Shown piece by piece: positions 1 to 12,170 of a DNA stretch of 64,000 bases (the first letter of the stretch is position 1; each line of letters begins with the position of its first letter). The notes below the pieces were generated by a model. It was not told where the DNA came from. It was given only the letters and a program-made list of their open reading frames with translations, and did not search any database. Where the stretch lies: assembly GCA_038087875.1 (NCBI GenBank), contig CM075988.1, forward strand, positions 14,076,001 through 14,140,000, given 5' to 3'. The DNA comes from Malacoraja senta. Its lineage: Eukaryota. The translations under genes and the position numbers were made by a program.

Positions 1-9
1 TGTAAAATG

Positions 10-760
10 GAATATAGAAAGTAAAGCACATGAGCAGGCCCTTAAGCCCACAATATCTGTGCCAAAGATAATGCCAAGGTAAACTGATCTCATCTGCCTA
101 TACATGATCCGTATCCCTTCATTCCCTGTATATCCATGTGCCTATTTAAAAAGCCTATTAAATGCCACTTTCGTACCTGTCTCTGCCACCACCACTGGCA
201 GTGTGTCCCAGGCTGCCAACACCTTCTGTGTAAAATGACTTGTCCCACACATCTCCTTTAAACTTTGCTACTCTCAGCTTAAAGGTATGCCCTCTGGTCT
301 TTGGCATTTCCACCCTGAAAAATTGGTTTTGGCTGTCTACCATATCTATGTCTTTCGGAATTGTATACATTTTTATCTGAATTCTCCTCAATTTCAGGCA
401 TTCAAGAGAAAACAATTCAATAATGCCAGCATTCTGACAAATTTATTCTGCACCCTCTCCAAAGTCTCCATATTCTTCATGTCATGGGGCACCCAGAACT
501 GCATTCAACCCTAACTCCAGCCAATGAAGGCAAGCATACCACACACCTTCTTTACCACTCTATCTACGTGTTGCCACTTTCATGGAGCAATGGACCTGGA
601 CCCCAAGATCCCCCTGCACATCAATGCAGTTATGGGTCTTGCCATCAACCATACACCTTCCCTTACATTGTCCTCCCAAAATGCAAAACATTACACTTGG
701 TTGGATTAAACTCCATCTACCATTTCTCTGCCTATTTCTGTAGTTGATCTATATTTCAAA
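10..760 (-). mobile_element. Degraded CR1-type LINE 3' fragments
   Basis: Minus-strand CR1 ORF2 C-terminal motifs (FSLE..RR, TRGHTFKL) and 3' UTR similar to other CR1 copies in the window; boundaries approximate. Confidence 0.7.
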
Positions 761-1398
761 TGTTTAATTGGTATCTCTAGCCAGTAACAGGAGCGATCAA
801 CCACATGATATTATAGGAATAAATAGCTTGCTCTGTCTGAATGCTAACTCTTTACATCATTCAACTGTGGTCTGTTAAGGCAAACAATACCAAATGGCAC
901 CACTATTTTAATGTGTTGCAGGGTGGTATTGGACTCTATTGCACTGGATTATCAAGCAGTAAATTTGCATAAAAGGGTTAATTAAGTGAATTAGGAATTT
1001 TCACCAAGGCATTAGCATTTTACCTCCAAGGCAAGCCTTGAGTTTAGTTAAGACGACTGGGATAATAGTTACTGATTGCAGGTCGCAATAAGTCTGGATA
1101 GTTTCATTGTTATGGGTTAAGAAGCTGCACTCTACTGCAAGCATAGCAGGACAGCTCAACCAGAAAGGAATGATAAAAGACAAATGAAATGTCAAGGCAG
1201 GAAGCCCAAAAACTATTGAGCCAGCAGAGCCTGCTTGCTCCAAATCAGCAGCCTGCAGCTATGCAACTGGCAAGCAATAACAGCAGAGCAAATCATTACT
1301 GGAAGCCTAATGCATAAAGAACATTCATTGTAAGCAGAGAACTGAGAGAGAAAGGGTGGAAAGCAAAGCATGCTGGGATGACTCACACAGGGCCATAC

Positions 1399-1510
1399 CA
1401 GACTGTGAATGTCTGCTCATAACCACCATCGTAACCGGGGTCCCAGGTGGCATTAGCAGAGGTCATTGTGGCTGTCACTCGAACATTGTTTGGAGCATGT
1501 GGACTTGTGC
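1399..1510 (-). CDS. IGSF9B: IGSF9B coding exon, first FN3 domain N-terminal part (112 nt; 124 nt with the alternative donor at 1387)
   Basis: Acceptor ctcaacag|, translation (G)TSPHAPNNVRVTATMTSANATWDPGYDGGYEQTFTV(W). Donors TG|gtatgg (1399) and GT|gtgagt (1387). FN3 WxPGYDGG motif. The gene continues beyond the window start. Confidence 0.95.
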
Positions 1511-2774
1511 CTGTTGAGAAAAAGAAAAGTGAACATTTACATCGCACAGTCACAGAGTTTATCTAATCTGCAAAACCTTTAATTGCAACATCACGCAATT
1601 CCATTATAATATTCTCTGCTTTCCAGATCCCTTATTAACAAACCAAGAAATGCATTCCCTCAATTAACTAGGAAGTAAAAGAAGAAATGTGTTAATTGCA
1701 ATAGGAATGTACAGAGAACTTTTCCTCCGAGAGTCATACGACTTGCAGAATAACAACAGAGTAAGCCTATGAATCAGACAGTCTGAAGGAGGGTCCCAGT
1801 CCAAAACGTCACCCATCCATGTTATCCAGAGATGCCGCCTCATCTGCAGAGTTCCTCTGCACTTTGTATCTTTTTTTGTAAACCATCATCTGCAATTCCA
1901 TGTTTCTGAGCAGTCAGTATGTTTGGGTTTCGAAGATAAGTAGCTTCATTGCACGAGAAAACCTACTGTAGGGATTACGGATAAGATTAGGAATAATCTT
2001 TTTGACCCTAATGATCTTTTCCAGGCATTGCAGCTGTATATTTTCTAGTACTGTTTTACCCTGTACAGACAATATTGAGTTACCATTAGCAATATTTGCT
2101 AATCAAAGCTACCAGATAAACTTTGCAATCAAAGTATTCCAGAATAAAATGGAAATGAGTCATTTACAAGAGATCAGTGTGGTAAGAAAATCAGCTCGAG
2201 TCCACATGAAAAATAATGCTCTGGGAATAATTTTCATAAGTATGTTTTCATCAGGTTAGGATGTGAATTGTGAAAACCTAACCCATGCAGATTGTGGAGG
2301 TTATTTTTGGCATTTTCAGGAATAAGGATTAATTTCCAGTAAGTTGATCAAAGCGGCCTAAGGAAAGAAAATTGGAGGATGTTAAAATACTATATTTTCA
2401 AGTTTCTTTTGAACACTTGCTTATTAATTGTGAAGAAATAAACCATGCAATTGAGCAATTATTGGAAGGAGGAAGTTCCATATATATCTCCACCCTCAGC
2501 AGCGACAACACTGAATCATTTGCTGCCATGTTTAGCCAGAAATGGATTGGGCATGATCCATCTTGCCTTCCTCCTGGATTCTTCACCATCACAGTCATCA
2601 ATTCACTCCATGTGACATCAGAAAATGGATGCAACAAAGGCAGGATTCTGGAACTAGGCGATAACTAATGCATGTATGAAGAACTGATTTCCAAAATAGC
2701 TGCAGCTCAAGCCAAGTTGTGCCTTTACAACAGCAGCATCAACAGAACAACACGGAGAATTGTCCATATATGCC

Positions 2775-3215
2775 ACATATATGTCCTAGATGGATCTTTT
2801 ACCCGGGTCTCCTCTGTGCCCCACAGTTGTACTCTCTCTCTCACTCCCCCCCAGATGCAACATGGATAGAGATCCTCTGGTCCTCGCCTTTCATCTCACC
2901 AGCCTCCGCGTCCAACATATCATTCTCCAACATTTCTATCCCCACCCCTTTATACCTTCCACAGAGACCGTTCCCTCTGCAACTTGGCTCACTTATCCTT
3001 TCCCATCCCAAACCACCCCCAACCAAAGTACTTTTCCCTGCAATGACAAGAGATGCAACACTTGTCATTTTACTTCCTCCCTCACCTCCAAACAGGGACT
3101 CAAGCAGTCCCTCCAGGTGAGACAGAGGTTCACATGCACCTCCTCTGACCTAATCTACTGCATCTGATGTTCCCGATGTGGCTTCCTGTACAGCGGCGAG
3201 ACCAATGCAGAGATT
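2775..3215 (+). mobile_element. Penelope-like retroelement fragment (GIY-YIG endonuclease region)
   Basis: FPCNDKRCNTC...VRQRFTCTSSDLIYCI*CSRCGFLYSGET: CCHH-linker cysteines plus a GIY-YIG-like motif, interrupted by a stop. Confidence 0.85.
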
Positions 3216-3689
3216 CATAGATGACTGGATTGGGATAGTGCAGGAAAATGAGGCTGAAGTAGAAGATAAGCCACGATCTTAATAACATGTGGATCACTCC
3301 TGTTCCTGTTCCGATTTCTTATGCTATAATTTGCTTTTGATATGGTGGTGGGTGGAAGTGATTGAGATGGAAAATTAACCAATGTTTTATAAAATGGCAG
3401 AGCAGACTTGAGGAACCATGATTTTATAATTGATTTTTTGCAATGCAAACATTACTGGCACGGGCTGCATATAATGCCCTTCTTTTATTGCTCCAGGGGA
3501 GGTGGCAACACCTTCAGGAACCTCTGCAGTCTTGTTAGTAAGGTAGTCCCACCATGCTATTAGATAGGATCTTCCCAACAGTTACACCCAGCCACAATAA
3601 AGGAATGGTGATATACAGTATCTTTCCAAATATGTAAAGCATGACTTGAATGAGAACCTGCAAGTGAGAGTGCAAGTAGGACTCATTGT

Positions 3690-4335
3690 CAGAACCATTT
3701 TCTCATGTTGGAAATGTCAAAGACTTAGCTTTTATGTCAGAGGGAATGTTGAAAGAAGATATGCGAGGCAAGTGTTTTTACATAGAGGGTGGTGAGTGCA
3801 AAGAACCCACTGCCAGGGGTGGTGGTGGAGGCAGATATGATAATAGTATTTAAGAGGCTTTTAGATAGACACATGGATATGTAGGGAATGGAGGGATATA
3901 GATCACATGCAAGCAGAGTAGATTAGTTTAACTTGCCATCATGTTGGGCACAGACAGTGGGCCAGAGGTGCTGTTCTCGTGCTGTACTGTTCTATATTTT
4001 ATGATGATCTAATATCCTGCCCTTATTCTCCTTGGATGGTGGAAGAGAACACATGCTCCCTGTTGGAGTAGCCTTCAGATCCTATGTCATCCTTGCTCTG
4101 GACTGAATTTCATTCTTAACCCGCAGAGCTACTCCACCTCTTCTCCTCACCTGTCTGCCTTTTTGATAGTATGTGCAACTATGGATATTCAGCTCCCAAC
4201 TCTGATCCTCTTCCAGCCACGGCTCCCGGATGCCCACAACGTTGTGCCTACCAATTTCTAACTGTGCTATAATCTCATCCACTTTATCCTGTATACTGCA
4301 TTCATTCAAATATAGTTCAGCATTCACTACCCCTC
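3690..4335. mobile_element. CR1 fragments: 3' end on + (about 3690-3990) and endonuclease fragment on - (about 4080-4335)
   Basis: Minus ORF LYLNECSIQDKVDE...VVGIREPWL...RRGGVALRVK is the CR1 APE N-terminus; the plus segment matches CR1 3' UTR copies. Confidence 0.7.
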
Positions 4336-4859
4336 TTCTCACATTGGTCCCCTTTTTGCCTGACTTTAAACTCTTATCCCTTCTTAAACTTTCTGTCCTA
4401 TTACTTCTGGAGACTTCAGTGACCTCCAGTAACAGAGTTACAGGGTTTCCCCATCAATTCCTCAAAGGAACTCAATGTTTCAACGAGATAGGTGATCTTA
4501 GTCTTAGTCTTCTGGGTTTGGTTGGTCCAAGTCTATCCTACTCAATTGTTGCTTATAGTTCAACAACTCATCCCAGCAATCATCCCATCATTGTGTGATC
4601 TCCAGCACAGAGCCTGGTACAGTCATTTCTGCCCAGCCTGTTCATTTTGAACAGTGGCCAGTGTATGACTGGGAGTTCCATGCGAGTTTCACTCAGGTTG
4701 ATCTTTCTTGGCGTCGTGGACTAATACAGCGCAGAAAGAGGCTCTCCAGGCAGCTGAATCTACACTGCCCAACACACTTGGATTTTTACATAATCCTACA
4801 CTAACCCCATTTTATTCTTTCCAAAGTTCCATCAGCTCTCCCCAGATTCTAACATTTGC

Positions 4860-5070
4860 CCATACAGCAGGGGATATCTGCACTGAGCAATTAACCTGCT
4901 AACCTGCAGGTATTCGGCGTGTAGGAGGAAACCGGAGCACCAGAAGCAAACTCACGTGGGCACATGGGGAACATACAAACGGCACAGAAAAGCAGCACCA
5001 GAGGTCAGGATTGAACCTAGGCCACTGAAAGTGTAATGGCAGCAACTCTGCGTGCAGTGCCATTGTGCCA
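4860..5070 (-). mobile_element. tRNA-derived V-SINE
   Basis: Reverse complement has an A-box-like head, B box GGTTCAATCC and the core ctccggtttcctcc shared with the SINEs at 28.5 and 32.6 kb. Confidence 0.7.
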
Positions 5071-8000
5071 CTTATGGTATCTGGATTTCACAATAGGTAG
5101 GCATTGAAAGTAATGAGTACTGCACTTGGGAGATTTGAGTGGCTTTGATTAAATCGTGCAGTTGCAGCCCAGTGATGTCTCAGCAACAAGGTTGTTTGAA
5201 GGAAGCTTGGCATTAAATCAGCTTGACAAATGTGATCTTCTATTTGACCACCACTGAGTCAATGAACACTCCTCCACCAAGACAAAGCTGCACTTGGTCT
5301 GGAACTCAGTGACTTCAATCTTAATCTTTGTTTGTAGTGTCATTTTAATTTTTCTTCTGCTTGGTTAATGAAACACATATTTGGATTAGTGTAGAATTGA
5401 AATAAATACATACATTATGGATGTTGCTCAAAGGGAATAGTACAAATTTCGAGTCTTTGGTAATTAAACAACTGAAAGCACCAGTCAAATGCAACGTCAT
5501 CACATCATTCACAGTTTAACAAGGTACGAGATACCCAAGGACTCAAGCGTGGCCAATAAAGGGAGCTTTACACCCTTGTTGAATTTACAGCTGTCTTTGT
5601 TTTCTGGAGCACATCATTCAGAAAATGTAGTTAACACAGTTTTATTAACACCAGGCTGCTATCTGTGCAGGAACTTTTCTTGATGCAGTGTGAATCTGCA
5701 TCATTTACAAAAGGAAACATTGTCTCTTCATCTGCTGTCTTTTCCTTCGGTACAGCTCCACTGGTATGTACATCATCCAAGTGGCCTTATATTTCTCACT
5801 CCTTTATTACATATTCCTACCTGACTCCCAGTAGCTCCCAACATGGTTCACACTTCACATTTTTAATCTCAAATCCTTTCAGAGCCTCCTCACATAATTT
5901 TCCTTCTCTTGCCTTTCTCCGTGGTTTGTAATCCCTTCCAGTTTAAATGTAACACATGCCATTTACTGCTTGGGAGTTGTTGGGTGACTAGGCAGAGGTG
6001 TATTGTGGAGATTCAATATACTCAGGCCATTCATTGAATCACCTGTGGCCCAACATAGTACATGAGAAAAAGAAATAGGAGGAGTAAGCCATCAGTCTCT
6101 CATCTCTGCCCTGCCATTCATCAACTTTAAGGCTGATCTTCCATCTCAATGCCATCCTCTTCCTGGTCTGCTGATTCCTTCAATATCCGGAACTTATTCA
6201 CCTCTGCTGTGAGTGCAATCACATACTGAGAAATAAGGATAGAGAAATCTTGGGATGCACTACCCTCTCTGCAGCCCAAACCCATCCCACTGGTCTCCCA
6301 AATGCGAGTTCATATGTATGGGCTGCACATAAGATGAGTGTTCCTAACCTGGTGAGGATCTGTATATGAAGATTAAAGTCTCACCTGATTAGTATATTCA
6401 CTCTACTACACGCACCTCAGATGTCTTCATTTATATCAATGCTTTATATCACTATTATTATTCAGAAGCCTTTAATTAGGCTCCACTCATGATTCCTGTT
6501 CCATATTACACCTTAGCTTCACCCAAACTGGTTTGAATTTGAGATGACTATCTGTTGAGAAAAGATCCAATCCATCCATTGCACTGATGCCATTCCTATT
6601 CCAACACTCTTGCTTGTTGCTTGTCCTTCCCAAATGTTGCATGCCCGGGAATATTTAGTTCCCAGTTTTAGTCATCTCCTGCCTTGTTTTTGCAATTGCA
6701 ATCAGATCATACTTATTTATTACTATTTGTGCCATTAATTCATGCACCTTGATGCAGATGTAGTGTAGATGCATTTAGGTAGAGAGCTTCTACATTTGGC
6801 TTATTTATTTTGCTTGTTATGTTTCTATTTTCCACTTCCATTAGCAGAACTATTATGCACTTAAAATTAAATTAAAATCACTTACTTTACATGGCTGGGT
6901 GTTAGAATCATGATCACTGGCATTACAATCATTGATTGTGTGCATATGTGTGTTTTAATTTTAATTTACGGTCGGCCTGTGCAGAGAATAGCACATCTAA
7001 TCAAACATCAGCTTCTTATGTCCCAACAGTATGCGAAGAAAAATAAACAGGGAATTCACAACTACAAAGCAAATATGAGGCGCAAAGGGATTCATTGACA
7101 ATTCTGCTCACCTTTTCAACCATGGTTATGAAATTGGTTGCAAAGGCCCAAGACAGGATTCAACTTGAAACACAGCTCTGCTTTTCTTCCCATAGACAAG
7201 GCCTGACCTGCTGAGTATCTCCAGCATTTTCTGTTTTTACTGTCACAGAGGTATAAATGGTGCATGAAGTGACGAATTGATTACAACTTTGAACCATGTC
7301 TGCTAGTCAGATACAGTAGGGGGGGGGGGGGGGGGGGAGCGGGGGGATCTTTTGGCTGATGGGATATTTTTACTAAAGACTAGTTCACTTCCTCTTGCTG
7401 AGGGAGTTTCCAGGTTATCTTCTCTCTGTAGGGTGATGTGTTGGACCTGCTACCACATGCTTGTGACAAAAAGGCAGTAGCAGTGGCCAGAATGATTCGC
7501 TTTTAATAGGCACAAAATGCTGGAGTAACTCAGTGGGACAGACAGCATCTCTGGATAGAAGGAATGGGTGACATTTCAGATCTCGGGTCTCCAATTAGGC
7601 AATAGCTCTGTGGGATACCATGGGTTTGACTACATTTATTTGTACCAACTGTACTACCTGACAAGTATTTTATTGAAGATTAGGTTATGAAAATTTGGCA
7701 ACCGTATTCCATTCTCTGTTGCGGTTTAATCCTGTACTTACAGAAGCAACTTGGCAATCGTGTATATTGAATATTACAATGATTAGGCCCTGTATTTTCT
7801 TGTTAATTGCAACACTGTACGTGTGCCTTCTTTCAGCGTAACCTTGCTGCACAAGGTAAGGAGATTAATCAACCTGCCTGATCAAGTTGAGTTCCCAAGG
7901 ACGTTTGTGTAACAATGTCTATTGCAGAAAATCAGCACAATTCAAATTGATTTATTTTTATATTACATGAAGGGGGCTGAGGGATTATTCTGGAAGTTGA

Positions 8001-8387
8001 ATTAAACTTAAGAAATGAAAGATTATCTAATGTGTGTGTGGCTTGAATTGGCAACTGTGCTTGAAGAGAAAACAAGTGGCCACATGTTGGTGCCAGGGCC
8101 ATGTCATTAGTGCACCACATGGACACAATGTGTAGGAAGGAACTGCAGATGCTGGTTTAAACCGAAGATAGACACAAAAAGCTGGAGTAACTCACTGGGA
8201 ATGGCAGCATCTCTGGAGAGATGGAATGGGTGACGTGTCGAGACCCTTCTTCAGACGTGTTGGTGTTTGGGTCATGACACTACCGCACAACACGGAATGT
8301 CACATCGTGAGAGGAAGGGTGTGGAAATCCAAAATAACCATTAAACCGATGATCTGTGGGGATGACTGGATGGAAAGATGAAGAGGA

Positions 8388-8984
8388 AGGCCTGTCTCAC
8401 GAGTCTGCGGTCATTGGCAGCGATACAGGAAGTATCTACCGCTCGTGGACCGCCAGAGACCGCGGGTTCGGTCAAACGCCCACCGCCGAGGCCGTGCGGC
8501 GTTGGTCCCAACACCGCACGGTGCTCACAAAAAGTCAGCACTGTTTAAAAATAATTTCTTACCGCACAGCAGCCGCCGCCAGTGAGGCACGAGTGCGGCA
8601 CGGTCACCGCCACAGCCGCCGCCAGTGCGGCACGAGCGCCGTGAGTGGAACTCTCACCGCCACAGCCGCCACCAGTGAGGCACGAGTGCGGCACGGTCAC
8701 CGCCACAGCCTCCACCAGTGAGGCACGTGTGCGGCACGGGCGCCGCCACAGCACCACGATTCAGCACTACCGCCGCCACAGCCCCGCTTGTCTTTTAGAA
8801 AGCAAATTTCGATAACACCGCAAGCTCGTGGGAACGGCCGTACTGAGATCACTCGGCCCCCGCACAGCATCCGTGCGGCGCTCCCGCGGCATAGGCTCGG
8901 CGCTCTCGCGGTTGACGTGCGGTCCACGCTTCCGGCGACGCCGCGCTTCACCGCCAATGACCGCAACACCGTGAGACAGAGCCT
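8388..8984. mobile_element. GC-rich foldback MITE (PIF/Harbinger-like TIR) with internal minisatellite
   Basis: Left end aggcctgtctcacgagtctgcggtcattggc is an imperfect inverted repeat of right end gccaatgaccgcaacaccgtgagacagagcct. Further inverted pair cgtggaccgc/gcggtccacg. TSD not clear. Confidence 0.7.
8570..8755. repeat. 43-bp minisatellite, about 4 units
   Basis: Unit cagccgccgccagtgaggcacgagtgcggcacggtcaccgcca starts at 8570, 8613, 8663 and 8706 (periods 43/50/43/43). Confidence 0.9.
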
Positions 8985-11359
8985 TGACTCCAACATTTGG
9001 GTCACATGTACTGAGATAAGGCTTCCTTTAACACTGCAAATAACATGAATAGACAACAGTTCATCACAGGTGAAGACACAGAGATTAATTGTAATAAGGA
9101 ATGACTGCATCTATGGCAGAATAGCCTATTGTGATCATCATTTGGCTTGTTTCCCGAATTTCCCTCTTAGTTCTCCAAATTATTTTGATGGATTTAAAAA
9201 CTAGGGGGTGCAAGAAAAAAGAGTTAGGACACGTAAATCTGTTGTTTCATTTTTTTAGTTGCTAACTGCTAAAAAGGAAGTGATGTAAAATAGCTTTCTC
9301 TATAGAGTCCAATAGCACACAACTGACAAATTTGGCAAGAACTTTCAATTCTAACACAAGACATAAATGAACCTTAACAAAGTGACTATGATATTCACAA
9401 CCTCAGTGTTCCTGTTAAAAACATGTTGGATCCATCCTATTTGTCACAACAGGCGCACGCTAGTGCCTGGATAGATTTGCGTACAATTGGATTGTAGTTC
9501 TCCTTTAAATACAAAATGCTGATGATGTTACGGTTATGGCTCAGTGTGTAAATTAATTAGGCAGGCATACCTACCAATTCGGAAAAAAAAGTCTCAATAA
9601 CTTTCTAAATCACCCTAACTCCAGCTGCAAAGGAGCTAGAAGGAAATACAATTCATAACGAGCAGAAACCCTCATCTAAATTCCTGTAGCCACCTGAACA
9701 AATGGTGGCAGAATATAACCTTGACAAATGAGAGGAAGTGTGCAGGCAGCATTCAGTCAACTGTGAAATTAGACTGAAAGCCTTTGCTGTAGAAGTCACT
9801 CTTCTCGTAAAACTCTCATTGATAACGATTGGACCAAATTGAAAACTCTGACATGAGACGGGGCTGTTATCTGGAGGTAACCAGCCACTTCTCCAGCTTT
9901 CACCGTAGATCCAGGGTGGAGTGAGGTGTGAATATCCACCGTCATTTCAGCATGAACAGGAATGCAGAAACAAGAACAGAAATGTTATTAAAGAAAAAAA
10001 AGGATTTCAGCGAAAGTAAATCAAATATAAACACAAATACTTCAACAGAGATGAAGAAACCTGTGGGAAATTATGCTCAGACATCTCACTCCAACTCTGC
10101 TTGCTAGTAGATCACGTAGAGTGTAAAGGACTCTGAATCCACTATGACTGACATACCTCAGTGCTTCTAAATCAAAGACATTGAAGGCTGCCTGCATGAA
10201 ATCCAGAATTATTTTCCTGCAAAATTAAATTTTCTCTTTGTAAAGATGTTCCTGTAATAACGACATCGACCAACACTCATAACACGTTGAGGATGATTTC
10301 CTCTGCGGCATGTGCAACTAAATTGTAAACCTGCTTATGAGAAAAGTTTTATTGCACAGGGCACAGAAATTAAATCTTCCCTCCCATGTTGGCTGTGGTG
10401 AATGAACAGCTTTCGAGACAGCAGATCTTATTAAGAGTGCTAATTTAAAAATAACATTGAAACAGAATTAAAGTGGGAATAATAATCTTCAACTAAAGAA
10501 AATTCAGAACCGCTTTAACTTTCAGATAGTGAGTGAAAAGCAGATTTATATCATTACAGAACTGCAGATTCTTAAATTGAAAGATGCACAGTTGGATTTC
10601 ATTAAAGTCGTCCTGCAGAACCAGGGAAATTGACACACAATACAGTTCAATTTCTTCTTTGTTATTTTTAGATACATTGGTTAATATATGTGTTATTTTC
10701 CATATACAACAATTACCATGTTAAATTAATGTAGATGAGAACTTAATGCAGACTAATGAACCAATAAAAAAGTACACAGAGGAAATGAAAGCCTTTTACT
10801 AACAAGCTTCTCATGGGTTATCTTGATGTTCATGCTTTTGCACAAATTATTAATTCAATGTCATACAGATATTTATTTCTCTTAAAGTCCCTTCGGAGCT
10901 AAAACTTGTGCTGTCTGCGATCAATTGCAGATTCTGCTCCTGCTGGCAAAGCATTGATGAGATATTATTTGGCCAATTTTAATAGGTAACGAATTTGTCC
11001 TATTTCCTTGAGTAAATCACAAAGTACTGGAGTAACTCAGGGGGTCAGGCAGCATTTCTGGATGGCATGGATAGGTGATGTTTTCGGTCGGGACCCTACT
11101 TCAGTCCATTTAATTGCAATGAGGAAATGGAGCCCCATTTCCATGATCATTCTGCACAGTCATGCAAGTCACTCTTTACCAAGGAGATAAATTCAACTTT
11201 CTTTTGAAAGTTCCTTCTGTTATCTATTTTATCTTCACTTGCATCTTAGTTCAAAATCGGCTGCATGGTTTAGATTGCTGTTTGGCAGCAATTGATTAGA
11301 ATTAGATACCGTTAGCAATCATGTAAATCACATCTACTAAATCACCATATATTAATGAT

Positions 11360-12170
11360 AGGAACAAGGAACTGCAGATGCTGGTTTATACAAAGGGACA
11401 CAAAGCGCTGGAGTAACTCAACGGGTCAGGCAGCATCGCTGGAGAACATGGATAATAATAATAATAATACATTTTATTTATGGGTGCCTTTCAAAAGTCT
11501 CAAGGACACCTTACAGAATTTAACAAGTAAGAAACATATAATTGGAGTAAAATAAATTATAAAGACATCACCAATACACAAATTAAAGACAGAATTCGAT
11601 CCAAAGACACAAAAAAAAAATCAGCGAGGCAGCCAGCAACTCTGGAGAGAAGGAATGGGTGATGTTTTGGGTCCGGACCCATCTTCAGAAATGATTGTGG
11701 GGGGGAAAGTTTGGAGATAGGAGGGGCAGGACAAAGCCAGGCAGGTAATAGGTGGAGGAAGGAACTGCAGATGCTTGTTTATACCAAAGATAGACACAAA
11801 AAGCTGGAGTAGCTCAGCGGGTCAGGCAACATCTCCAGAGAAAAGGCAAAGGGTCTTGACCCGAAACGTCATCTATTCATTTTCTCCGAGAGATGCTGTC
11901 TGACCCGCTGAATTACTCCATCTTTTTGTGTCTGCCTTTGAACTGTTGGGACTGGTTTGACGAGAAAAGGAATAGGAATGTCTGAAGAAGGGTCTCAACC
12001 CATCTGAAGAAGGATCTCGACCCGAAACATCACCCATTCCTTCTCTCCAGAGTTGCTGGCTGTCTGCTGAGTTCTTCCAGCATTTTGTGTCTATCTTCTG
12101 TTTAAACCAGCATCTGCAGTTCCTTCCTACACCACTGAAGTAATAGGTGGACACAGATGAGGGCTTTTTT
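11360..12170. mobile_element. Cluster of Penelope terminal-repeat (pLTR) copies in both orientations with an embedded L2-like 3' end
   Basis: Repeated acacaaaaagctggagtaactcagcgggtcaggcagcatc motif and its reverse complement; an (AAT)n-tailed insert at about 11452-11610. Confidence 0.75.

Noticed and set aside
7319..7346. Poly-G run as a functional G-quadruplex
   Set aside because: Simple homopolymer; several similar runs occur in TE remnants and there is no evidence of function.
8570..8755. Regular repeats of about 43 bp resembling a CRISPR array
   Set aside because: Units are contiguous with no unique spacers, lie inside a MITE in a vertebrate intron, and no cas genes are present.
8356..9110. 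Overlapping 70-137 aa ORFs
   Set aside because: By-products of a GC-rich, stop-poor repeat; repetitive peptides with no domain.
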